From: an uncultured Planctomycetota bacterium
GTDB lineage: Bacteria; Planctomycetota; B143-G9
Direction of reading: 5' to 3'
Length of the DNA stretch: 64,000 nt
NCBI GenBank assembly: GCA_964571525.1
Contig: CAZNBY010000007.1
Location: forward strand, 13,942 to 77,941
A model generated the notes under the pieces. The model saw only the letters and a list, made by a program, of their open reading frames with translations. It was not told the DNA's origin and ran no database searches. The first letter of the stretch is position 1; every line of letters starts with the position of its first letter. This document shows, one piece after another, positions 19,160 to 28,873 of this stretch. A program made the translations under genes and the position numbers.

Positions 19160-19963
19160 CTAAGTCAATCCTAACATAGCAAACCCGTTTCGCAGGGCTG
19201 ATAGCGAAATTGGCTTTCTAAGAACAAGCTTGATGCCTTCGGGGCAATGGTCGTCTTGCTCGAAGTCTTCAAACCCAGACACCATGATGATTAGAAGGTT
19301 GGGAAATAGCCTATTGAGCCTTAATGCAAGCTCTTTGCCAGAGATAGGTTTCATTGCGCAATCTGTAATGATCAAGTCATATTTGTTCTCTAACACCATT
19401 TCAAACGCTTCAATCGGATCAAGAAAAGAGTCTACATGATGGCCGTCATCCTTCAGGAAGGTAACAAGAAGGTCAAGGTTTCTGACATCATCGTCAACGG
19501 CAAGAACGCGAAGTTGACGCACTCCTGCAGGTCTTAGCGTTGCCTCTTTTTTCGTCTCGATACCCTCAGCAATTGGAAAGTGCAACACAATTTTTGTACC
19601 CTTGCCGACCGCTGACTCTATTGTGAGGTGTCCTGACATCTCTTCAACAATCGAGCGCACCATCGCCAATCCCATGCCCGTTCCCTTGTCTCCCTTTGTC
19701 GTGAAGAATGGCTGCAGGCATTTTTCCTTTATCTCAGGTGTCATTCCTGTGCCGGTATCGCTGACAGAAACCTCGACATAATCGTTATCACTACTCGAGG
19801 CTACACACAATTGACCACCCTTCGGCATTGCGTCAAGCGCGTTAAAAAGCAAATTGAGTATTGCCTCTCTGAGGATTGTTGGATTTGCCGATATCTTTTT
19901 GTCTGCCTTAAGTCGTGTGACTATCTCGACGCTTGTGTTCTTTGCTTGAGTTTGCGATTCCAA
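19160..19963 (-). CDS. HATPase_c + receiver domain, C-terminal portion of a hybrid histidine kinase split from the upstream ORF by one in-frame TAA
   Basis: LNLLFNALDAMPKGG...DTGTGMTPE...GTGMGLAMV (N/G boxes), then LRVLAVDDD receiver. TTG-initiated in the track. Same frame as 20015..21235. Confidence 0.7.
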   Translation of the reverse strand: MESQTQAKNTSVEIVTRLKADKKISANPTILREAILNLLFNALDAMPKGGQLCVASSSDNDYVEVSVSDTGTGMTPEIKEKCLQPFFTTKGDKGTGMGLAMVRSIVEEMSGHLTIESAVGKGTKIVLHFPIAEGIETKKEATLRPAGVRQLRVLAVDDDVRNLDLLVTFLKDDGHHVDSFLDPIEAFEMVLENKYDLIITDCAMKPISGKELALRLNRLFPNLLIIMVSGFEDFEQDDHCPEGIKLVLRKPISLSALRNGFAMLGLT

Positions 19964-20014
19964 CCTTGGCTTCGCAAGGTCTATTGTGTCATTAAGCAGC
20001 TCATTAATTGCTAT

Positions 20015-21235
20015 TTAGGTTGTTGAGGTGTCGGTCTGTTGCCTGTAGAATTGCCTCATTCGTCCGACTATCTCTGCGCCGTCATTTGCGGCACTAAGGA
20101 TAATCCCCAGCAGCTTATCCCGCTTCTCGGGGTCGTTACGGTAGTTTGCGCTGTTTATCAGAAGGTCTGTATAGCCGATTATCGGCGATAATATGTTGTT
20201 GAAATCATGGGTTATACCGCTTGCCATCTGACCGAGCGCATGCAACCGCTCCTGTCGCAGTGCAAGCTCGCGCGCTTTTTCAAGCTCTTCTATTGCTATT
20301 CGAAGCGACTCGTTTTTCTTCACCAGAGCCTTGGTCTTTGCGTTCACCTGTTGCTTAAGAAGATAGCTGAGTGATGCACCTAAGAAAATAAGCAGAAAGG
20401 CCACACCGCCTATCCAATAGATAAATGGAGGTATAATCTCTCTAACAGCGCCACCCGTCCATTTTGCAAGGATCTTGTAATACTCCGAAGCCGAGTTCGC
20501 CTTCATTTCGCGCAGAACACGATCAATCGAAGCAAGAAGGTGGGCGTTTGCTGACTTTTTTGTGGTGAAGTAAAGGCTTGCGGGGCTGAAAACAATGTTG
20601 GTTTCCTGCAGGTTATACTTCATTTTGTTAGCGAGACCGAAGAAGCGATTTGATACCGCCGCGTCAGCCTTTCCAGTACGCACAAGCTCAAAGGCTTCAT
20701 CAAAGTCTGATGTCAGGGTGAACTCGCACAGCAAGCCAAATTCGCGCAGATTTCGCTGCAGCTCCTCAACCTGCACCGAAGCCCTCATTGCAGCTATCTT
20801 CTTGCCATCAAGATCAAACACCGACTTGATGGATGAATCGGGACGAATAAAGACCTGCGACCAACTTGATAGAACAGGCTCTTTGTTGAAGTCGAACAGC
20901 TTTGCCCTGTCTTCCGTAAATGCCACATCCGGCATAAGGTCAATTGTGCCCTTAGAAAGCCTGTCAAGGCACTCGTTCCATGTCCCATTTACATATGTAA
21001 TCTCCCAACCCTCAAGATCTGCAATGTATTGGACAAGGTTGATGAAAAGGCCATCTGGTTGCCCTTTATCGTTTGTAAAGACTTTGGGCGAGTTTTCATA
21101 CACACCAACTCGCACATTTTCAGCTAATGCAACACGAGTAGAGATGAACAATGATGCAAAGATGAATGCAACCAAAACGACGAGCGTTCTGGCTGTTGTT
21201 GCGGAGAACTGAACGGGGAAGGTGGGGTCCAACAC
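20015..21235 (-). CDS. Periplasmic solute-binding (SBP_bac_3-like) domain + TM + HisKA, N-terminal portion of the hybrid histidine kinase
   Basis: Signal/TM region, family-3 binding-protein-like region, second TM, H-box HALGQMASGITHDFNN. Ends at TAA 20015..20017. Confidence 0.7.
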   Translation of the reverse strand: MLDPTFPVQFSATTARTLVVLVAFIFASLFISTRVALAENVRVGVYENSPKVFTNDKGQPDGLFINLVQYIADLEGWEITYVNGTWNECLDRLSKGTIDLMPDVAFTEDRAKLFDFNKEPVLSSWSQVFIRPDSSIKSVFDLDGKKIAAMRASVQVEELQRNLREFGLLCEFTLTSDFDEAFELVRTGKADAAVSNRFFGLANKMKYNLQETNIVFSPASLYFTTKKSANAHLLASIDRVLREMKANSASEYYKILAKWTGGAVREIIPPFIYWIGGVAFLLIFLGASLSYLLKQQVNAKTKALVKKNESLRIAIEELEKARELALRQERLHALGQMASGITHDFNNILSPIIGYTDLLINSANYRNDPEKRDKLLGIILSAANDGAEIVGRMRQFYRQQTDTSTT

Positions 21236-21461
21236 TGTGCCTCCGAAGTGAGGAAGCCGTGCAAGAATGTAAACACAACACTACATATTATTATACAATG
21301 CAATAATCGTTTTGCTACAAAATTCTATCACAACGAATATATGGGGTAGAATCCGGTGCGGCTTTGCGTGAGGGGCATTACCGCAATGTTCATTCATGTA
21401 AGCGTATGGTGCGAGTGGAGTTTTGATTGACCGTATCGCACATGTGACAGAATCGAAGTAG

Positions 21462-22244
21462 TTGGTATGCACTGACGATGTGTTGCATGAGGTATTTTCG
21501 GTCAGCAGCGTTGATTTCGTGTTGCTTTATCTCTGCGCATCGGCATTCGCTGAGAGGAAGGAAGACAAACCACAATCTGAGTGGTGGAATGTGGCTTTGG
21601 ATTCAGATGTTCTTGCCATTCTCTATATGCGGGGAGACTATCTGCTTCTCAAGACCAAGACAGACGGCACAGTCTGCTTCGACACGAAGAAGGGCGAGGT
21701 GAGGTGGACTAACAAAACCCTTAATGTGTTCGAGAATTTTGTTACATACAGATCGCTTGTCTCGATCGAGGAAACGACCGGAAAGGTCTCATTTTATTCG
21801 TGGGATACCGGGGAGCTTCAGTTTTCACTGAGTGTGCCTCTTCCTGCTAACTGGAGTTTTTGCAACAAATTGAATCCAACGCCAATCTTCGATAATGAAG
21901 ATAGGTTTTCTTTTTGCTGTGACAAGTATATTTGCATTGTTAATAAAAAAGTAAGAAATATCAAGATATTGCGGTGGTGTTTGCTGTTTTTAAAATTTAA
22001 CAGATTCTTTAAAAGCAGTGCTAATAATTATATGTTCTATAATTGTATTAAAAAGACATTATCACATTCTGTGGCGCTTTTGCAGAAAAATTACAAAGAT
22101 GATTTTCATTTTGCAAACAGCAGTGATGATAAAAATCTGTATTCTTTCAAAAACGCTCAGGTTTTAAACTACGAGTCAAAGGCAGAGTGTGCTTATAGAG
22201 CCATGAGATATAAAGGACTTACATCTGGGCTTTTACATCATTAG
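21462..22244 (+). CDS. Hypothetical secreted protein with PQQ/BamB-like beta-propeller repeat, very AT-rich 3' half
   Basis: TDGTVCFDTKKGEVRWTNK resembles a PQQ repeat. Hydrophobic N-terminus. The open frame persists through about 350 nt of roughly 30% GC DNA. Confidence 0.45.
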   Translation: MVCTDDVLHEVFSVSSVDFVLLYLCASAFAERKEDKPQSEWWNVALDSDVLAILYMRGDYLLLKTKTDGTVCFDTKKGEVRWTNKTLNVFENFVTYRSLVSIEETTGKVSFYSWDTGELQFSLSVPLPANWSFCNKLNPTPIFDNEDRFSFCCDKYICIVNKKVRNIKILRWCLLFLKFNRFFKSSANNYMFYNCIKKTLSHSVALLQKNYKDDFHFANSSDDKNLYSFKNAQVLNYESKAECAYRAMRYKGLTSGLLHH

Positions 22245-22471
22245 CAACGGAAAGCAATGGGTTGACCAAATGAACACGGTGTTGTGCAGCAGGGCAGAAG
22301 CGAAGTAGCTCCTCATTGTGGCATATTAAGGCTCGAATGCCGAAAACGGGATTCTGAGACTCATGCAGAAACCATGCATCTGCTATAGATGCACAGTATC
22401 GCGTTTGTAAGCATGTGTATCATCGTACGCGACGAATGCCTTTGCGGCGCAAAGTTGCGTATAATGTTGCT

Positions 22472-24304
22472 ATGAAGTTGCACATTGTCTTTGTCCTTGT
22501 TGCGGTAACTCTTATCGCGCTACCTGTCCTCACCGCTGAGGAAAATCAGGTCGCCATCATAGAGAGGGCGACAACCTTGCTTCGTTCTCGGTACTGGGAC
22601 GACAGAAAGGAAGGAGCAGAACTTCTTGAAAGCCTTGATGCAGATTGCGTGCCCCAACTGATTACATTGCTCGACGACTTCGACGGGCACGTCGCTGCAG
22701 CCGCCGCAATTGAGCTTGCCAGAAGAAAAGAAGCAAGTTGTGTCCCCAAGCTCTATGAGCTTATTAAGAACGACCCAGTGCGATATCATTCTGTCATACT
22801 GCCTTTGTTAAGCTCTTTCGGCTCGTCGGGTTATGATAAGTGCCTGTTCGATCTGCTTATAGGCTCTGACGATAAGGTTTCTGTTGCAGTTGCGAGCTGT
22901 ATCGCTCAGTTTATTGAAATTGAACCTGCGTCGAACGAAATATGGAACACTCTGCAAGGCATGATGACTTCAAGCAACTTTCGCCGCCGCGTTTGTGCCG
23001 AGCGTGTCTTCACAAAAATCGGGGCACTCGCTGTTCCGTATCTTATCAGGATGTTAGGGCAGCGCTTTCCTTATTGCTTTGGCGCGATGAACTCGCTTGT
23101 GGGTATCGGTGCTCCCGCTGTTAAACCTTTGCTTGATGTTTCGCTTTCGAAAGAAGATGGAGCGATCGCGCTTCGAGCAGCTACGACATTGGCTCAGATT
23201 GCTGACGAATCAGCCTTTGAAGCAATATGTAAAATCGTCGAGGCATCGGCAGATCCACTTGTTCGTTCTGCAGCGGGACTTGCCCTGCGTTCTTTCTCGC
23301 AAGATGCTTCGCAACTATATGAATTGCTGATTAATGATACCGATGCCCGTGTTCGCGCTTCAGTGCTTGTTTCTCTTTACTCGATCGAAAAATGGCCTGA
23401 AAAGCTGTCACCATCCCTTGTTGTCGCAAGGCTCGGTGATGTTTCCGCTGAGGTCCGCATGAATGCAGTGATTGCTGCAGGGCGTCACAAGATAGATGAC
23501 GCGGTGGCGATATTGCCGAATCTATATAATGACGCGTCACAATTTGTTGTCGCAAACGCGCTGTGGACGACTGGCAATTATAAAGACACCTCGCTTGTTC
23601 AGTATCTTATGTCATTCATAGACTCACGAGACTCAATGCTCAGACTCGCAGCGGCAAAATCACTGCTTCAGCTCGGTTCGAGTATCGGCGAGAGTGTTGC
23701 CATTCGCGCGCTTAGAGATGATTCAAAAAGATGCGCGAACGCACTATATGCTCTTTCTTACGCAACAAGCAAGCAGGCTGTTGACGCAATTATTGAAGCA
23801 CTACCAAAGCTTAGGGACGAGCATAAGAACTTAGCTCGATTTTCGCTTTACTCTATAACCGGCGCGTATTTTGAAATTGAACGCTGGCCGAAGTGGTGGA
23901 CTGTAAACCGCCGTTTTTATAACACTGGGGAGCGCATAGGCTTTGCAGCGTATTTTCGCGGTCTGCTTCATGAAGAATCAGGGCTTGAACATGTGGCGAA
24001 GGAGTATTACGAAATGGCTGCACTTAATGCTCCATCCTTCCCAGATGCTCATTATGCCCACGCAAGGTATCTTATATCAACTGGCGATTCCGCATCGCTG
24101 CAAAAAGCGGTAACTGAACTTAACAAGGCTATTGCGCTTCTGCCACAATCGAGATACTATGTCTCCCTTGCGGAGGCGCTTATGGGGCTGAAGCGGTTTG
24201 ATGAGGCTCTTGATGTGGTGCGTGCTGGGCTTGCTGCCGACGACAGTGAGCAGGTTCGCCTTAAAGAGCTTGAAAAGAAGATCCTCAATAGGATGTCGCA
24301 ATGA
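22472..24304 (+). CDS. Secreted HEAT-repeat (PBS-lyase HEAT-like) protein with C-terminal TPR region
   Basis: Start set at MKLHIVFVLVAVTLIALPVLTA (signal peptide). Repeated HEAT-like units (DxxVRxxAxxALG...). C-terminus TPR-like. Confidence 0.7.
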   Translation: MKLHIVFVLVAVTLIALPVLTAEENQVAIIERATTLLRSRYWDDRKEGAELLESLDADCVPQLITLLDDFDGHVAAAAAIELARRKEASCVPKLYELIKNDPVRYHSVILPLLSSFGSSGYDKCLFDLLIGSDDKVSVAVASCIAQFIEIEPASNEIWNTLQGMMTSSNFRRRVCAERVFTKIGALAVPYLIRMLGQRFPYCFGAMNSLVGIGAPAVKPLLDVSLSKEDGAIALRAATTLAQIADESAFEAICKIVEASADPLVRSAAGLALRSFSQDASQLYELLINDTDARVRASVLVSLYSIEKWPEKLSPSLVVARLGDVSAEVRMNAVIAAGRHKIDDAVAILPNLYNDASQFVVANALWTTGNYKDTSLVQYLMSFIDSRDSMLRLAAAKSLLQLGSSIGESVAIRALRDDSKRCANALYALSYATSKQAVDAIIEALPKLRDEHKNLARFSLYSITGAYFEIERWPKWWTVNRRFYNTGERIGFAAYFRGLLHEESGLEHVAKEYYEMAALNAPSFPDAHYAHARYLISTGDSASLQKAVTELNKAIALLPQSRYYVSLAEALMGLKRFDEALDVVRAGLAADDSEQVRLKELEKKILNRMSQ

Positions 24305-25077
24305 CGGCGAAGCTTGTCAAAGAAATGTCAATTGACAAGGGCATGACCGTGTTATTCACGGGCGACCAGCATCTGAAGCATCCTTGTGAGGAGAACGCGA
24401 AAGTGTTTTTGCGCTTTCTTTCCGATGCCGCAGACGAAAAGCGAGTCCTTGTTCTTCTTGGCGACCTGTTTTACTATTACTTCGAAAACAGAAGACGCAC
24501 TATCAAGAGATTTTCGTGGTTAACTGATGCTCTTGCCGAAAACGCAAGGCGTTGGCATTCGATTGTACTGCTGCGCGGCAACAGGGATTTTTTGCTCGGT
24601 GAGACGAATGTTTTACCCCGTGACCTTCTTGTTGCCGGCGACTATTTGCTGATGAACTTACCCTCGCGAAGAGCATTGATTACTCACGGAGATCTTTTCT
24701 TAAAGGGCTCTCACGGTTATTATGCCTTCCGTCGTTTTATGCGAAGTGGAGCATCTCGTGCTTTTACTCGCAACATTTCACCCGCTTTGGGCGTCAAACT
24801 CGCTGACGGTCTAAGGTGGATTTCATTTCGTGCCAACTCAGGCCGCCCGTTCGAACCACCTGATCTCGAAAAGATACAGAAGGCGGCGGACGAGTTCAGA
24901 TCAGACACTGTGATATTTGGTCATTTTCACAAAACACTCGAGCCATCCTTTTTTGCGCCCCAAAAGCCGGATGTTTGGTGTGTTGGGGCGTGGGAAAGCG
25001 GCGATGCGCCTGTGCTTGAATGCACAAATGGCGAATTTGCGCTTCGATGCGCAACTGATTTTACAATACAGAAGTAG
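24301..25077 (+). CDS. Calcineurin-like metallophosphoesterase, LpxH-like with substituted motifs
   Basis: GDQHL, GDLFYYYF, GNRDFL, HGDL and GHFH parallel the LpxH motifs DxH, GDxxD, GNHD, HGD and GHxH. Two metal-ligand positions are substituted (Y for D in GDxxD, R for H in GNHD). Confidence 0.55.
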   Translation: MTAKLVKEMSIDKGMTVLFTGDQHLKHPCEENAKVFLRFLSDAADEKRVLVLLGDLFYYYFENRRRTIKRFSWLTDALAENARRWHSIVLLRGNRDFLLGETNVLPRDLLVAGDYLLMNLPSRRALITHGDLFLKGSHGYYAFRRFMRSGASRAFTRNISPALGVKLADGLRWISFRANSGRPFEPPDLEKIQKAADEFRSDTVIFGHFHKTLEPSFFAPQKPDVWCVGAWESGDAPVLECTNGEFALRCATDFTIQK

Positions 25078-25087
25078 GTGAACACAG

Positions 25088-26122
25088 ATGGACATTATTG
25101 CGCTATTCGATTCAGCAGTTAAGAACAATGCATCCGATCTCATCCTAACTGCCAACACCTGTCCGATGTTACGCGTAAACGGTGAGCTTTATCCACTGGG
25201 GCAGAACAAGCTTACAGACGAGCAAGTCAAGAGCCTTCTATATTCGGTTATTGATGCATCGCAAAAAGCCAAGTTTGAAAACACACGCGAGCTTGATTTC
25301 TCCATAGCTCTTCCCGGCGATCAGCGTTTTCGTGGCAATGCGTATATACAACGCGGGGCGGTATGTGCGGTCTTTCGTGTAATACCCACCAAGATACCAT
25401 CACTTGCAGATCTTAAGCTGCCATCCGCACTCGAGCGGATTTGCATGGCTCCCCACGGGCTTTTTCTTATAACTGGTGCGACAGGTATGGGAAAAAGCAC
25501 AACCCTTGCAGCAATGGTTGGGTACATAAATGCGAATCGAAACACCCACATCATTACAATCGAAGATCCAATAGAATTTGTCCACACAAACGACAGGTCG
25601 GTCATAGACCAGCGTGAGGTTGGTACTGACACGGTTTCCTTTCCAGTCGCCTTGAAGCAAGCATTGCGCCAGTCACCGGATGTCATCCTTGTCGGCGAAA
25701 TGCGTGACCTTGAGACAATTGGCACAGCACTGACCGCTGCAGAGACCGGACATTTGGTGCTTGCCACATTACATACTCGTGATGCTGCTCAGTCTGTTGA
25801 ACGCATCGTTGATTCGTTCCCCGGGCATCAGCAGAACCAGATTCGCGAGCAGTTGTCTGCGTCTCTATTGGGCATAATGAGCCAAAGGCTCTTTCCACTA
25901 AAAACGGGCAAGGGCAGGGTTGTCGCTACGGAGCTTATGCTCCACACAACAGCCGTTGCAAACCTCATCCGCGAACGGAAGATCCACCAACTGCCGGGTA
26001 TTATTCAGACAAACTCGAAGATTGGCATGCACACCTTTGAGATGAGCCTTAAAGAGCTTCTTCTGCAGCGTCTAATCAGTGCAGATGATGTAGCACTATT
26101 TCTAACCAAGAGCATAGGCTGA
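25088..26122 (+). CDS. pilT: Type IV pilus retraction ATPase PilT/PilU family
   Basis: GLFLITGATGMGKSTTLAAMVGYIN (Walker A), IITIEDPIEF, and the PilT-type C-terminus. Confidence 0.85.
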   Translation: MDIIALFDSAVKNNASDLILTANTCPMLRVNGELYPLGQNKLTDEQVKSLLYSVIDASQKAKFENTRELDFSIALPGDQRFRGNAYIQRGAVCAVFRVIPTKIPSLADLKLPSALERICMAPHGLFLITGATGMGKSTTLAAMVGYINANRNTHIITIEDPIEFVHTNDRSVIDQREVGTDTVSFPVALKQALRQSPDVILVGEMRDLETIGTALTAAETGHLVLATLHTRDAAQSVERIVDSFPGHQQNQIREQLSASLLGIMSQRLFPLKTGKGRVVATELMLHTTAVANLIRERKIHQLPGIIQTNSKIGMHTFEMSLKELLLQRLISADDVALFLTKSIG

Positions 26123-26132
26123 CGGAGGGGAT

Positions 26133-26762
26133 ATGGAAGCGCTTTTGTTTTTCGGTTACGGGCTGATTCTGATGCTCCCTGTATTTCAGTTGATGCGACA
26201 CGGTTCCCATCTCTTATTGAGCGTCAGGATTGCGCCATTCCTTATCGCGCTTGGTTTTGTCTTTCCCGCTCTTCCGTTCTTGTTTTCCTTTCTGATGTTC
26301 GGCGATATTCTCCCTAACCACATTCTTCTTGATGTATCACGCAATTTCTTATGGGTGTCCGGTTGTTCTTTTGTTGGGTTGTATTTCTTCGCCGTGGTCA
26401 TTCAGTTCTTAAAGGGCACTGGACAGGGTATGCGTGACAAATGGGCAATCCTTGATGCGCGAGCTGAAATGGCGATAGGCTCAGGTAACTATGAGGGTGC
26501 ATTGTCACATTATGAGGAAGCGCTTCGCACAGATCCAAACAATTACATGGGGCATTACAAGTTCGCGCGACTTCTAAACCGTGTGGGATTTAAGAAACGG
26601 GCTTACGACCATCTCTTGTTAGCAGTAGAACACGCACCTGAGGAGCATCGCGAATCCGTTATAAACGGGGGAATTGTGATACTGTCGTCTTCAGCACAAA
26701 GCGCAGTTCTTGCTGACCAGTTCGAAAACCAATGTATAAAAAGGTACGGTTTTGGGCGGTAA
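26133..26762 (+). CDS. Membrane protein with C-terminal TPR repeats
   Basis: Two or three N-terminal TM helices, then TPR-like YEGALSHYEEALRTDPNN. Confidence 0.5.
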   Translation: MEALLFFGYGLILMLPVFQLMRHGSHLLLSVRIAPFLIALGFVFPALPFLFSFLMFGDILPNHILLDVSRNFLWVSGCSFVGLYFFAVVIQFLKGTGQGMRDKWAILDARAEMAIGSGNYEGALSHYEEALRTDPNNYMGHYKFARLLNRVGFKKRAYDHLLLAVEHAPEEHRESVINGGIVILSSSAQSAVLADQFENQCIKRYGFGR

Positions 26763-26849
26763 CGCGGAAGTATCATCGCATTATTGCATCTGAAAGACAT
26801 CAAGCATATCACGCGGTTGAAACTGCGCTGAGGCGGCTATAATAGCGCA

Positions 26850-27761
26850 ATGCGTGATTGGTTAAGCTACTTTTTGCTATCAACGACCGTGCGGTTCCTC
26901 GGTATACTTCCGGCTCCTGTCACGGTTACGATATGCAAGTCTATTGCGTATTTGTGGTATGTTTTCGATAGATCTCATCACGCAAAAATACTGACGGATA
27001 TTGACCGCACGCCTCTCTCCTCTTGCTCATCAAAGCAGAAGCGAAAGATTGTGCGGGATTTTTACCTGCACCTTGGTGTTTCATTCGCCGAGTTTTGTAA
27101 GCTCCGCCGTTGGCCTGCTGATCGCATCATAGCGTGTGTGGACTTTGAAGATGGTGCTGAGCTTCTCAATGTCGTCAAAGAGGGAAGAGGTGCGCTGATG
27201 ATTGCTGCGCACTTTGGAAACTGGGAACTGACTGGCTTATCCTTGCCGTTGCTCGGTGTTCCAACTGCCGCGGTTGCACGACCATTGGATAACAAGAGAA
27301 TTGATGGATTTCTCGTTGCATCCCGCACCCGATTTGGCCAACGGATTTTGACAAAGTTCAATGTTATGCTTGAGATAATCCGCAATCTGAAGGCAGGATA
27401 CTGCATCGGTGTTCTGATTGACCAGGATGCGGAGAAGGACAGCGTGTTTGTGCCATTTCTTGGCGAAATAGCTGGCACCTCGACCGTTCAGGCAAAGCTC
27501 GCGGTTCGATACAATTTGCCGGTATTCTGCGTTGTAGCTCATCGAATCGCGCCATTTAAACACAAGATAAATGTGATTGGGCCGATCAAGTATCCCACCG
27601 AGGGAGATGATGCCGTTACAAAGACTTGTGAGGTTTTCAACAATGTCTTATCCCAAGTGGTGCTGGAACATCCCGAGCAGTGGCTCTGGTTGCATCATCG
27701 CTGGCGCACCGCAGATAAACGCGGGCTGACGGCGCAGTCAAAAAAGAAAGACATGGCTTGA
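26850..27761 (+). CDS. Lipid A biosynthesis late acyltransferase (LpxL/HtrB family)
   Basis: HFGNWE (HX4E/D acyltransferase motif) and family-typical length and layout. Confidence 0.7.
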   Translation: MRDWLSYFLLSTTVRFLGILPAPVTVTICKSIAYLWYVFDRSHHAKILTDIDRTPLSSCSSKQKRKIVRDFYLHLGVSFAEFCKLRRWPADRIIACVDFEDGAELLNVVKEGRGALMIAAHFGNWELTGLSLPLLGVPTAAVARPLDNKRIDGFLVASRTRFGQRILTKFNVMLEIIRNLKAGYCIGVLIDQDAEKDSVFVPFLGEIAGTSTVQAKLAVRYNLPVFCVVAHRIAPFKHKINVIGPIKYPTEGDDAVTKTCEVFNNVLSQVVLEHPEQWLWLHHRWRTADKRGLTAQSKKKDMA

Positions 27762-28873
27762 TGGCTATACCCAAGCTGCATCGCTATATAATTTTTGAAT
27801 CTTTGCGCGGCACAGCATCTGCCTTTCTCGCCGTAGCAGTGCTGGTTGCGGTTGCAATGTCTTTCGATTTCTGGCGGGATGGTCATTCCTCACAAATGCT
27901 GTTTCTGCTTGGCTATTCTTTACCGCAAATATTCGCCTTTGCGCTGCCTATCTCCTTTTTTGCCGGTATTGTGCTTGCTGTTGGGCGTATCGCATCCGAT
28001 GGCGAGTTCACTCTGATTCGGTCTTGTGGAATTGGGATCGGCAGCTTTTACCTTTCCTTGCTGTTCGTCGGTTTTATTGTCTCATCGGTGATGCTTTGTG
28101 TTAACGACAGGCTTGTGCCTTGGGGAGAGAGGCAGAGCAGGGGAATGATAAACGAGACAGCTTTCGATTCACTAAAGAACATCTCGAAGCATGAGATAAC
28201 TCGCATAGCATTCTCAGACCTTTCGATCACATTCTTTGCAGTAAATCCAGACGGCGGTCAGCCAGTAACGATTGTAAGCACCGCGGATGGTGATAGCCGT
28301 CTAATATATGCTGATGACATTCGTATCACTTTTCCTCCAGATGGCAGGTTTGCCTCTGCAGAACTGATACACGGTTTTATTTCTGATCAATCGGATCCGA
28401 ACCTGCCGAGGACTAATTTTGATACTATGTCGTTCGACATACCTTCCCCATCCACATCAAGACCTGAGGTTTTTGTTGACCGGCATGTCCTTTCGATTCG
28501 AGGTGTATTGTTTGAGGCAAATCGTATCGCATCGCTTGCCGAAAGAGCTGAGACTCAAGTCGAGGCGAAGCGTCTGAGAAATGTGTCGCGCAGACACAAC
28601 TCTCACGGGCATTACCTGATCGCCACAAGTCTTGCACCTTTCTTTCTCGTCTTTGTCGCAATTCCACTTGCGCTGTTGCTTGGGCGAGGCAATAAGGCCA
28701 TTGGTGTTAGCTCTGCGGTATTGTTCATTTTTGCTGTGTACTATCCTCTTTTGTTAGGAGGAAGGCAGTTGGCCGAAATTGGAGTAATCTCATATCCTTT
28801 ACTGGCTCTTAATTTACCAAACATCGGCGCGCTGGTTATTGGGCTGGCACTTGCGCTGTTTATAAAGAAGTGA
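27758..28873 (+). CDS. LptF/LptG (YjgP/YjgQ) family LPS export permease
   Basis: N-terminal RYIIFESLRGTASAFLAVAVL. TM1, large periplasmic domain, then three C-terminal TM helices. Confidence 0.7.
   Translation: MMAIPKLHRYIIFESLRGTASAFLAVAVLVAVAMSFDFWRDGHSSQMLFLLGYSLPQIFAFALPISFFAGIVLAVGRIASDGEFTLIRSCGIGIGSFYLSLLFVGFIVSSVMLCVNDRLVPWGERQSRGMINETAFDSLKNISKHEITRIAFSDLSITFFAVNPDGGQPVTIVSTADGDSRLIYADDIRITFPPDGRFASAELIHGFISDQSDPNLPRTNFDTMSFDIPSPSTSRPEVFVDRHVLSIRGVLFEANRIASLAERAETQVEAKRLRNVSRRHNSHGHYLIATSLAPFFLVFVAIPLALLLGRGNKAIGVSSAVLFIFAVYYPLLLGGRQLAEIGVISYPLLALNLPNIGALVIGLALALFIKK

Noticed and set aside
20015-20017. Possibility that the in-frame TAA, or the window in general, reflects an alternative genetic code or programmed readthrough
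   Set aside because: All other long genes read cleanly with standard stops and TAA terminates many of them. A single event fits a mutation, a sequencing error or a split kinase better.
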